Origin: an uncultured Planctomycetaceae bacterium
GTDB taxonomy: Bacteria; Planctomycetota; Planctomycetia; Planctomycetales; Planctomycetaceae
Assembly (NCBI GenBank): GCA_963813715.1
Contig: CAWFAK010000009.1
Span: 160,001-224,000 of the forward strand
Direction: 5' to 3'
DNA: 64,000 bases
A model generated the notes under the pieces. The model made no database searches. It worked only from the letters and a program-made list of their open reading frames with translations, and had not been told where the DNA came from. Each line of letters opens with the position of its first letter. The stretch's first letter is position 1. The translations under genes were made by a program, and so were the position numbers. This document shows positions 55,822 through 64,000 of this stretch, piece after piece.

Positions 55822-57022
55822 TTAGCGGCGCGCCAGGCGGTGCTTCGAGCGGCACCCAGGCACCGTTCTTCGCGCTCGAAGCGACGCACTGCTGGATGAA
55901 GTACATCCCCTCGACGCCGTCGTAGACGTTGGGGTAGACGGTGTCCCGCGACTCGAATTTCTCGCCCGTCGCCCGCTTGATGATCGAATCGAACGCCGCC
56001 CGGTAGACGTTCGCAAACGCTTCGAAAAACGCCTCGGGATGTCCCGACGGCAAGCGGCAGGCCGCTTGGCCGGCTTCATTCATATAAGGGGCGTTGGGAT
56101 TCCGCGTGTAGATCGCGTGCGGCTCGCCGTTGCGGCGGACCATCATCTGGTTGGGCTCCTCCTGCCGCCACGAGATCGAGCCCTTCGTCCCGTCGACGTC
56201 GATGAACAGGTCGTTCTCGCGACCGTGCGAAATCTGGCTCGCGGTCACCGTGCCGATCGCCCCGTTCTCGAAGCGAATCACGGCGTGGCCGTAGTCGTCG
56301 AGCTGACGTCCGGGCTCGAAAATCTTGAGCGACGCCGAAACCTCCTGCGGAATGAGCCCCGTCATGTAGCGGGCCAGGTTGAAAGCGTGGGTGCCGATGT
56401 CGCCGAACGAACCGGCGGCCCCCGACTTCATTGGGTCGGTCCGCCACGAGGCTTGCTTCTGCCCGGACGATTCGAGCCGCGCCCGCAGCCAACCCTGCAA
56501 GTAGTTGGAGCGGATGGCCTGAATTTCGCCCAGGTCGCCGGACAAAATCATTTGCCGCGCCTGCCGCACCAGGGGGTAGCCGGTGTAGTTATGGGTGACG
56601 GCAAAGACGACCCCGGACTTCTCCACGATGCTCGCCAGCTCCTCGGCCTCGTACAGATTGAATGTCAGCGGCTTGTCGCACAGGACATTGAAGCCGGCCT
56701 CGACGGCGGCCTTGGCGATGGGGAAGTGGGTGTGGTTAGGGGTGGCGATGCTAACGAAATCGATCCGCCGATCGGCCGGTAGGGCCCGCTCCTTGTCGAT
56801 CAGTTCCTCGACGCTGCTGTAAGCACGGTCGGCGGCAATGTCGTAGGCCGGGGCCGAGTCCTTAGCCTTCTGGGGATCCGACGATAAAGCACCCGCCACC
56901 AGGGCTGCCCGGTTGTCCAGGACGGCGGCCGTCGCGTGGACGCGGCCGATAAACGCCCCCTGTCCGCCGCCGATCAAGCCCATCCGCAACTTGCGTTTTA
57001 GTGACCCGTTGGTCGTCTCCAT
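55822..57022 (-). CDS. Gfo/Idh/MocA oxidoreductase (probable indel near 55846; likely true stop at 55822)
   Basis: GGGQGAFIGRVH, ATPNHTH, DKP, GDIGTHA and PSGHPE. Confidence 0.88.
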
Positions 57023-57073
57023 GGCAGACTCCTGGTGTGAGATTGTTGATGCTCAGCGTACGGGGCACAGGCC

Positions 57074-57101
57074 TTGCAGGGAAGCGAAGGCTCCCTATAA
57101 T
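57074..57101 (+). promoter_or_regulatory. Candidate sigma70 promoter for tRNA-Gly/tig
   Basis: TTGCAG-16 bp-TATAAT. Confidence 0.4.
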
Positions 57102-57186
57102 CTCATGCGGTCTGCAATCAGACGGCGTCCGTTTTCCCCTATAGGGTAAGGCGGATTGATGAATTGAGGCCGGCTCGATTGCCGCC

Positions 57187-57258
57187 GCGGGTGTAGCTCA
57201 GTGGTAGAGCACCACGTTGCCAACGTGGACGTCGAGGGTTCGAACCCCTTCACCCGCT
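57187..57258 (+). tRNA. tRNA-Gly (GCC), CCA not encoded
   Basis: Acceptor stem GCGGGTG/CACCCGC, D arm GCTCAGTGGTAGAGC, anticodon arm CCACG-TTGCCAA-CGTGG and T loop GTTCGAA. Confidence 0.96.
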
Positions 57259-57469
57259 TTTTTTCGTTTTTAGTGTTCTCCGAGTCGGCGCTTGGAGAAC
57301 AGGGCGAAGGCGACGCCCCATAGGACGAGACACGCTCGGGGAAGGGGGACACACCCGCGCTGCGGGTTTGACCCGTTCTGCCCCGAAGGTCACCTCATGT
57401 GCCGGCGCTTTCCGTGTTGCGGCGCATATCACCGACACGCTGATCAACTGGATTTGAGTAGGACCGAGA

Positions 57470-59017
57470 ATGTCACCCGCGGACGAAAAGACGAAGGCAG
57501 GCGGCCACGCCGCGACCTCTAAGAGTGAAGCGGCAAAAAAGGCTCCCGCAGCCGAGCCTGAAGGGGAAGACGCGGGAGAGGACGAAGGGGGCGAACCCCA
57601 ACGCCGCAAGATGGAGCTGGACGTCGAAATCAAGGACGCCGGCCCCTGCAAAAAGCACGTGCGGGTCCGCGTCCCCCGCGCGGAGATCGACCGCTTCTAT
57701 GAGGAGACGGTCAAGACTCTCACCGAGAAGACGGCCATCCCCGGGTTCCGTCCCGGCCATGTGCCGCAAAAGCTGGTCGAGAAGCGATTCCGCACAGAGC
57801 TCTCCAGCGACGTCAAGCAGCGAGTGCTCGTCGAGAGCATGGAGCAGCTGTCGGAGAACAAGGAGCTCGACCCGATCAACGAGCCCGATCTCGACGTCGA
57901 GGCGATCGAGCTGCCGGAGGAAGGGGATTTCGAGTACGAGTTCGATATCGAAGTTCGCCCGGAGTTCAAGCTCCCCAATTATGACGGGCTGACGATCAAG
58001 CGGCCGGTCCGCGAAGTGACCGACGCCGACGTCGAGAAGCACTACGAAAGCTTTCTGTCGCAATACGGCCAGCTGGCTCCGCACGAGGGGGCCGTCGAGC
58101 CGGGCGACGTCGTCAGCGCCTCGCTCGAGACCGAGCGTGACGGGCGAAAACTGCTCACCGTGGCGGATGCCTCGTTGCGCGTGCGGCCCGTGCTTCGCTT
58201 TGCCGACGCCGAGCTGAACGGCTTCGACAAACTGATGTCGGGCGCCCAGTCCGGCGACGAGCGGTCGACCTCGGTCACCGTTGCGCCCGAGGCCGAAGAC
58301 GTCGAGCTGCGGGGCGAGAAGATCGAAGTCCGCTTCAAGGTTCTCGACGTCAAGCGCTGGCGGAAGCCGGAGATCACCAAGGAGCTGCTCACGCGGATTG
58401 GCGTCGAATCGGAAGAAGAGCTGCGGCACGAAATCCGCGAGAGCCTCGGCCGCCGCGTCACCTTCGAGCAGCGGCAGGCGGTCCGGGAGCAGGTCTCGGA
58501 AAAAATCACCGAAAGCGCGACCTGGGATCTGCCCGAGCAGCTCGTGCGGCGGCAAGTCGAGAACGCCCTGCGGCGGACGGTCCTCGAAATGCAGCAGGCC
58601 GGCTTCACCACCCGCGAGATTCAGGCGCGGGAAAACCAGCTGCGACAGAACGCCGTCACCTCGACGCGGCAGGCGCTCAAAGAGCACTTCATCCTCGACA
58701 AGATCGCCGAGCAGGAAAAGGTCGAGGTCTCGCCGCAGGACATCCAAACCGAGATTCGGCTGATGGCCCTGCAGCGGGGCGAAACGCCCCGGCGCGTGCG
58801 GGCCCGGCTCGAAAAGACGGGGATGATCGAAAACCTCGAAGCTCAGATTCGCGAGCGAAAGGCAGTTGACGTCATCCTCGATCGCGCGAAGTATAAAGAT
58901 GTGCCCATGGAGCTCTCGCTCGACGAGCGGGTCGAGCCGGTTCCTTATTCGGTCTGCCGCACGCAGGTGGTGACCGAGACTGCCGAGCCGGAGGCCGAAG
59001 AGGCGGCCGCCGAGTGA
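57470..59017 (+). CDS. tig: Trigger factor
   Basis: IPGFRPGHVP ribosome-binding signature, EVRPEF.LPNY.GL; typical position between a tRNA and clpP. Confidence 0.93.
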   Translation: MSPADEKTKAGGHAATSKSEAAKKAPAAEPEGEDAGEDEGGEPQRRKMELDVEIKDAGPCKKHVRVRVPRAEIDRFYEETVKTLTEKTAIPGFRPGHVPQKLVEKRFRTELSSDVKQRVLVESMEQLSENKELDPINEPDLDVEAIELPEEGDFEYEFDIEVRPEFKLPNYDGLTIKRPVREVTDADVEKHYESFLSQYGQLAPHEGAVEPGDVVSASLETERDGRKLLTVADASLRVRPVLRFADAELNGFDKLMSGAQSGDERSTSVTVAPEAEDVELRGEKIEVRFKVLDVKRWRKPEITKELLTRIGVESEEELRHEIRESLGRRVTFEQRQAVREQVSEKITESATWDLPEQLVRRQVENALRRTVLEMQQAGFTTREIQARENQLRQNAVTSTRQALKEHFILDKIAEQEKVEVSPQDIQTEIRLMALQRGETPRRVRARLEKTGMIENLEAQIRERKAVDVILDRAKYKDVPMELSLDERVEPVPYSVCRTQVVTETAEPEAEEAAAE

Positions 59018-59323
59018 CGGATCGCTACTGCCGGCCGGCGGGCACGGACGTCCGATCCGTTCTTTCGCACTCTGAAAGCGCCCTGCTGAACTCGCCCAGA
59101 CGAGCAGCGGGTCGCAGCTCGCGGGTTCCTTTTTGTCTGTCGGATTACGTGTCGGCGCACACCCGGCGTGCAGAGTGAAGCGGAACGAGGATCGGCCGAC
59201 CCCTGGCTTACCACGGGGACCGCAACCGCTCGCCAGAAGAATTCGCGAATTGCCTGAATTACCACAACCCAACGCAATCCTGTGTCTGAACTGATTTGCC
59301 TAACCTCTTGTGTCTAATCTGTC

Positions 59324-59351
59324 TTGACTGAGGCTGCGACGAGCGGATAAT
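59324..59351 (+). promoter_or_regulatory. Candidate sigma70 promoter for clpP
   Basis: TTGACT-16 bp-GATAAT, preceded by two TGTGTCT direct repeats (59281, 59309). Confidence 0.4.
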
Positions 59352-59434
59352 GCGTCGCGCGTTCTCGCGCCAGTGACCGCCGCGGGTGGTCGACCGGGCG
59401 CGGGCCTCGGTGATCCGCGTATGAGGACTGCCGA

Positions 59435-60078
59435 ATGACTCAACCCTTTCAGCTCGAACACACCGGCATGATCTCGATGAACCAGGCCGCCCGCGACTAT
59501 CAACGGCAGCGGCAGATGGGCATCGGCGACCTGCTGCTCGAAAACCGCATCGTCTTTATGGACGGCGTGATCACCGATGCGGCCGCCAACATGATCGTGA
59601 TGAAGCTGCTCTACCTCCAATCCGAGAACCGGCACCAGGACATCCACATGTATGTCAATTCGCCGGGGGGCTCGGTCACCGCCACGATGGCCATTTACGA
59701 CACGATGCAGTTTCTCGAATGTGAAGTCGCCACCTACTGCGTCGGCCTGGCGGCCAGCGGCGGGGCAATCCTCGTCGCGGGCGGATCGGCGAAGAAGCGC
59801 TTCTGCCTGCCCCACTCCAAAATGATGATCCACCAGCCGTACGGCGAGGTGGGGGGCAGGTCTCGGACATCGAAATTCAAGCCAAGGACATTTTGCAGAC
59901 CCGCGAGCAGCTCAACGAAATCCTCGCGAAGCACACGGGTCAGCCGATCGAGGTCATCGCCAAGGACACCGACCGCGACCGCTTCCTCACCTCGCGCGAG
60001 TCGGTCGAGTACGGCCTGGTCGACGAGATTCTCTCCCGGCCGCCGAAGTCCAAAAGCGACACCAAGGACAAAAAGTAG
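59435..60078 (+). CDS. clpP: ClpP protease subunit 1 (frameshift in the G-run 59851-59856)
   Basis: [17 protein letters not shown] and MIHQP, then DTDRD in the shifted frame. Confidence 0.92.
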
Positions 60079-60098
60079 CATCGAAAGGGCTCATCACC

Positions 60099-60701
60099 AT
60101 GAGCGTGCTCGTTCCCTACGTCATCGAAAAGAGCGGCCGCGAAGAGCGGGCGATGGACATCTACAGTCGCCTGCTCAAGGACCGCATCGTGATCCTGGGC
60201 AGCCAGATCAACGACATGGTTGCCAACAGCATCGTGGCCCAGTTGCTCTTCCTGCAGTTTGAAGATGGCAAGTCGGATATCCACCTTTACATCAACTCGC
60301 CCGGCGGCTCGATCACCGCGGGCCTGGCCATCTACGACACCATGCAATACATCACCTGCGACGTGGCGACCTACTGCGTCGGGCAGGCGGCCAGCATGGG
60401 GGCCATCCTGCTGACGGCGGGCGCCGCGGGCAAACGCAACGCGCTGCCCAACGCACGGATCATGATCCACCAGCCTCTCTCCGGCATGGAAGGAACGGCC
60501 GCCGACCTGGCCATCCACGCCAAGGAAGTTGTGCGGATCAAACAGCGGATGAACGAGATTCTGATCAAGCACACCGGTCAATCGCTCGAGCGGATCCAGG
60601 CCGACACCGACCGCGACAATTTCATGCTCGCGGACGAGGCCAAGGCCTACGGGCTGATCGACAACCTCTTGGAGAAGATGCCGGTCATCCCCAAAGAGTG
60701 A
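60099..60701 (+). CDS. clpP: ClpP protease subunit 2
   Basis: [30 protein letters not shown] and DTDRD. Confidence 0.96.
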   Translation: MSVLVPYVIEKSGREERAMDIYSRLLKDRIVILGSQINDMVANSIVAQLLFLQFEDGKSDIHLYINSPGGSITAGLAIYDTMQYITCDVATYCVGQAASMGAILLTAGAAGKRNALPNARIMIHQPLSGMEGTAADLAIHAKEVVRIKQRMNEILIKHTGQSLERIQADTDRDNFMLADEAKAYGLIDNLLEKMPVIPKE

Positions 60702-60810
60702 CGGACGACCGGTGGACCGCAATCGCGGAACTTCGATTTGGGCAAGGGTCGGGCATCAGCCCGCCGGTCCTTGCGATTGGCAGTAGGATGCAAAACGGGA
60801 AACCTCACGG

Positions 60811-61675
60811 ATGAGGTTAGGGCCGCTACAGAGCCGCTTCGGTGCAACGCTGGTTGGGACAATGGTCCTGGCCGCCGGCTGTGCCAGCACAGGCCAGCTC
60901 GACATTCTCGAGAGCCGTCTGCGCCGGCAGGAAGACGCCAACAACCAGCTCCAGGCCCAGCTCACCGAATCGCAGAACCAGCTCCAAGCCACCCGCCGCG
61001 AGACCGTCGATCTGCGGACCCAGCTGGCCGAGGGCAAGAAGATCGCCCACGCCGAACAAGTCGTGCGCACTGGGCCAGGTCGAGGGGATCTCGCTCAACA
61101 AGTACCTCACCGGCGGGCTCGACCGGGACGGCGTCCCGGGCGACGAGATGTTCGCGGCCTTCGTCGTCCCCACGGACGCCGACGGCAACGTGGTGAAGGT
61201 CCCCGGCTCGGTGACGGTCACCGTGCTCGATCTCTCCAAGCCCGATGCCCAGCAGCGGGTCGGCCGCTGGGAATTCGGCCCCAAGGACAGCGAGCCCCTC
61301 TGGCATAGCGGCTTCTTTGGCAGCGGCTACGTGGTCCGCGTGCCGTGGCAAACGCTCCCCGATTCGCCGCAGCTGCTGGTCCACGCCCGCCTGAAGACGA
61401 TCGACGGCCGCGAGTTCGTCACCAGTCAGTCGATCCGGATCAATGTCCCCACGGCAACCGCCCAAGCCGCCGCTCAACCGACGGCCCCGGCAGGCAGCCC
61501 GTCGCCGCTGCCAAGCGGCACTCCGCAGTCGCCGACGCTGATGCCGCCAGCCGCACCGCCGAGTGCCCCACCGGCCAGCCTCGACACCGCCATGACCCGC
61601 CCGCCCGACGCTGCCGTCAACCAGGCTGGTGCGAGGTCGACGGACGAGTGGTGGAGCGACGGGAAGAAGCCCTAG
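60811..61675 (+). CDS. Hypothetical lipoprotein with coiled coil and Pro-rich tail (frameshift ~61065)
   Basis: Lipobox LAAGC and a Q/E-rich coiled coil, then LTGGLDRDG.PGDE and P.DADG..VK.PG. Confidence 0.65.
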
Positions 61676-61686
61676 CGACTCTTACT

Positions 61687-61726
61687 CCCTCTTCCATTCC
61701 GATGGGAGAGGGCCGGGGTGAGGGCT
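61687..61726. repeat. REP-like palindrome (left copy)
   Basis: CCCTCTTCCATTCCGATGGGAGAGGG followed by CCGGGGTGAGGGCT. Confidence 0.8.
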
Positions 61727-61745
61727 GCCTTTCCCGCGTCCGCAT

Positions 61746-62099
61746 TTACTCCGCGATCCCGCACGCTTGCAGCACGGCTCGCAGCACCGCGTCGAGATCA
61801 TTGAGCACGTCGTCGTTATCAACTCGCAGCACCCGATACCCGGCCGTCTCGAGCTGCGACTGGCGCTGCCGGTCGTAGTCCGCGCGTCCGACGTGGCTGT
61901 TTCCATCGAGCTCGATGACCAGCCCATGTTCCGGGCAAACGAAGACGACCACGTAATTGCCGATTGGATATTGCCGCCGCACTTTCAGCTTTACGAGCCG
62001 GCGAGAGCGGAGCGCCGACCACAGCCGGCGCTCCGGTCCGGTTAGCTCGCGCCGCAGGCGACGGCAGTTCTCGGTTTGCTAACGATGCTGGTAAGGCAT
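61746..62099 (-). pseudogene. DUF559/Vsr-like endonuclease pseudogene
   Basis: RRLRRELT.PERRLW, RRQYPIG.Y, IELDG.SH, D..RQ..LE..GYRVLR. In-frame TAG at codon 7 (62079-62081), and YVVVF in place of YxVDF. Confidence 0.8.
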
Positions 62100-62107
62100 G
62101 GCAGAAG

Positions 62108-62146
62108 AGCCCTCACCCTGCCCTCTCCCATCGGAATGGGAGAGGG
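62108..62146. repeat. REP-like palindrome (right copy, inverted relative to 61687-61726)
   Basis: AGCCCTCACCCTG followed by CCCTCTCCCATCGGAATGGGAGAGGG. Confidence 0.8.
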
Positions 62147-62175
62147 TTTGCAAAGGGCCGCACCGGGAAGCGCGC

Positions 62176-62502
62176 TCAGTGCTTGTGTTGGTGCCCGCTC
62201 ATCTCGCGGGCCTTGTAGAGCGCGGTCTCGGCTTCGGGGATGCGGCCGCAGCGTTGCAGGATGACCGAGAGCTGGGTGAACGAGAACGGGTCGTCCGGCT
62301 CGAGCTCGGTCACTCGCGTCGCATGGCGGATGGCGTCTTCTGGTCGCCCGAGCTTTTGCAGGCTGACCGCGAGGGCTGAGTGGGCCAGCACGTGCTTGGC
62401 GTCGATCGCCAGAATCTCGTTGAACCGGGCCACCGCCCCATCGAGATTTCCCTGGTCCTTGAGAGCCACGGCTTCATCGTACATTTCATCCGGCGTCGCC
62501 AT
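62176..62502 (-). CDS. Small TPR protein
   Basis: GGAGGG RBS before ATG 62502; TPR-like helices (A..ILAID.KH..AH.ALA, ELEPDDP). Confidence 0.8.
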   Translation of the reverse strand: MATPDEMYDEAVALKDQGNLDGAVARFNEILAIDAKHVLAHSALAVSLQKLGRPEDAIRHATRVTELEPDDPFSFTQLSVILQRCGRIPEAETALYKAREMSGHQHKH

Positions 62503-62722
62503 CTCGAACCCTCCGGTGCTCTTCTCTCGGGCAGTGTTCTCTAAAGCAGTGATCTCTCGGGCATGGTCACTCACGCTGTGCTTTCGTTTCCACGTGGAAA
62601 GCGGCGCCCGCGAATTGCCGCGAGCGTTGCCTGTCGGCACCGCGCGTGTTGTCAGTATCATAGCCGGTCGCGACGCGCACTGCCCACCGTGGCGAACGCA
62701 TCATCGCGCGACCCTTTCGCAT

Positions 62723-62768
62723 CCCCCTCTCTCAATTTGCTGCAAAGGGGGGAGGACAGAGTGAGGGG
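62723..62768. repeat. Degenerate REP-like palindrome of the same family
   Basis: CCCCCTCTCTC...GGGGGGAGG-ACAGAGTGAGGGG. Confidence 0.5.
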
Positions 62769-62851
62769 TTCTTTGTCCTTTGTTCTTCTTCAGACCCCGA
62801 AGAGACTGAGCTGACCGCCGGAGACCGCACCTTGAGTCCACAACCAAATCC

Positions 62852-64000
62852 ATGAGTCGCCGCAAGCGAGACATTCGTCGCCGCGCGACGGCCCAGTCGC
62901 CGGGTTCGGAATCGGACGTGTCGAACGGTTGGTCGCCGCGCGCTGCGCGTCCGCCGATCGAACGCGCCGAGAAGCTGGCAATCGGCGTGTTGTTCGTGGC
63001 GGCGGTCGCGCTGCGGTTTTCGTACCAGGCGAGGATCTCGATCGAGCACTGGGACGAGGCGGTCAACGCGTCGAACATTTTTCTCGAGCAAGGCTATCCG
63101 AATCGCTTCCTCTACTCGCCGCCGCTCGTGCCGCTTGTGATCGAAATCTCGATGCTCCTCCTGGGCAAGACGCCGCTGGCTGCCGTCATGCCTAACCTGA
63201 TGTTGGGTTCGCTGACCGTGCCGCTCTGTTGGTGGGTCGGCCGGGAATGGTTCGGGCCCATTGCCGGGATTGCTGCCGCCGCCCTGGCGGCGTTCTCCGA
63301 CTTTCAAATCGTCTATTCGCGCACCGGCCTGACCGACGCGGCGCTCGGCTTCTGGTTCTTGCTCGCCGTCTATTGTTCGTGGCGGGCCCTCGCGCGGAAT
63401 CGGCTGGGCGAGGCGGTGGTCGCTGGGCTGGTCATCGCCTGTGCCTGGGCGACCAAGTACAACGGCTGGCTGCCGCTGGCTGTCGCCCTGTCGGCCTTCA
63501 TCGCCTGGGGAGTCTGCGAGCGGTTTGGCCGAGCCGACTGGACGGCCCGGCTGCCCGTCGTGGCGACGCTCATCATCGCGACATTGCTCGGCTGGAGCCC
63601 CGTCTGGCTGTTGCTTCAGCCTGAGGGCGGCTACTCGGTTGTCACCGCCAATCACGCCCAATACTTCTTTGGCCTCTCCAGCTGGTGGGACGACTTCAAA
63701 CGCCAGCTCGCCAATCAGCGGTTCTATGAAGGATGGATGACCGCGGCCGGGATGATGCTGGCCTGGCTGCTGCCGGTAATCGTTCAGCGGTCCGGCCGAG
63801 CCCTTCCCACACAGGACACGGCCATCGCGCCGGAAGCGGAATCGGAGACAGAAAACGTGACGGGCGGGGTGGGATCGCGGTCATCGGCTGACGTCGTCCG
63901 CGAGTTTGCCCGGCGGATTCACCTGCTGACGATCGCTGCGTTGCTGGCGGGAGTTTCGCTCCTCCTCGGCTGGTTCGGCTTCGCTGCCGTTTTTGGACTC
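62852..64000 (+). CDS. ArnT/PMT-like (GT39/GT83) glycosyltransferase, runs off the window end
   Basis: Absent from the ORF track because it has no stop in the window. Translation from ATG 62852 gives ALRF...EHWDEA, YSPPL, SRTGLTD and ATKYNG with multiple TM helices. Confidence 0.82.
   Translation, partial: MSRRKRDIRRRATAQSPGSESDVSNGWSPRAARPPIERAEKLAIGVLFVAAVALRFSYQARISIEHWDEAVNASNIFLEQGYPNRFLYSPPLVPLVIEISMLLLGKTPLAAVMPNLMLGSLTVPLCWWVGREWFGPIAGIAAAALAAFSDFQIVYSRTGLTDAALGFWFLLAVYCSWRALARNRLGEAVVAGLVIACAWATKYNGWLPLAVALSAFIAWGVCERFGRADWTARLPVVATLIIATLLGWSPVWLLLQPEGGYSVVTANHAQYFFGLSSWWDDFKRQLANQRFYEGWMTAAGMMLAWLLPVIVQRSGRALPTQDTAIAPEAESETENVTGGVGSRSSADVVREFARRIHLLTIAALLAGVSLLLGWFGFAAVFGL

Noticed and set aside
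57187..57300. Genomic island integrated at tRNA-Gly
   Set aside because: No integrase and no duplicated tRNA 3' end was seen; tig follows directly.
57473..59272. 599-aa minus-strand ORF
   Set aside because: Antisense to tig.
59851..59856. Programmed frameshift or phase variation in clpP
   Set aside because: A short homopolymer indel among many similar breaks; sequencing error is more parsimonious.

Overview
This is a GC-rich bacterial chromosomal window. The gene repertoire and protein style suggest Planctomycetota, which is an inference. It contains: (i) a ~22 kb cell-surface glycosylation region (5-27 kb) with three GT-C-type membrane glycosyltransferases, a spermidine-synthase-like membrane protein, and a translationally coupled amino-sugar/sulfotransferase/deacetylase/GT2 operon; (ii) a B12-dependent acyl-CoA mutase cluster with isobutyryl-CoA-mutase signature residues and a cobalamin-domain/MeaB fusion; (iii) housekeeping and stress genes (CDF transporter, redoxin, coaD, three Hsp20 genes behind a sigma54-like promoter, tRNA-Gly, tig, two clpP); (iv) a hydrolase-rich block with an A-B-B-A PqaA/SDR duplication; (v) an unexplained ~0.6 kb non-coding array of related motifs, bracketed by an 82-bp duplication from the 3' part of a gene; (vi) a short SecA paralog; and (vii) a decayed DUF559 nuclease between inverted REP-like palindromes. 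More than 20 apparent single-base frameshifts occur, including in coaD and clpP. They are most simply long-read indel errors, so split ORFs are reported as single genes. All product calls come from motif recognition by eye; no database search was run.
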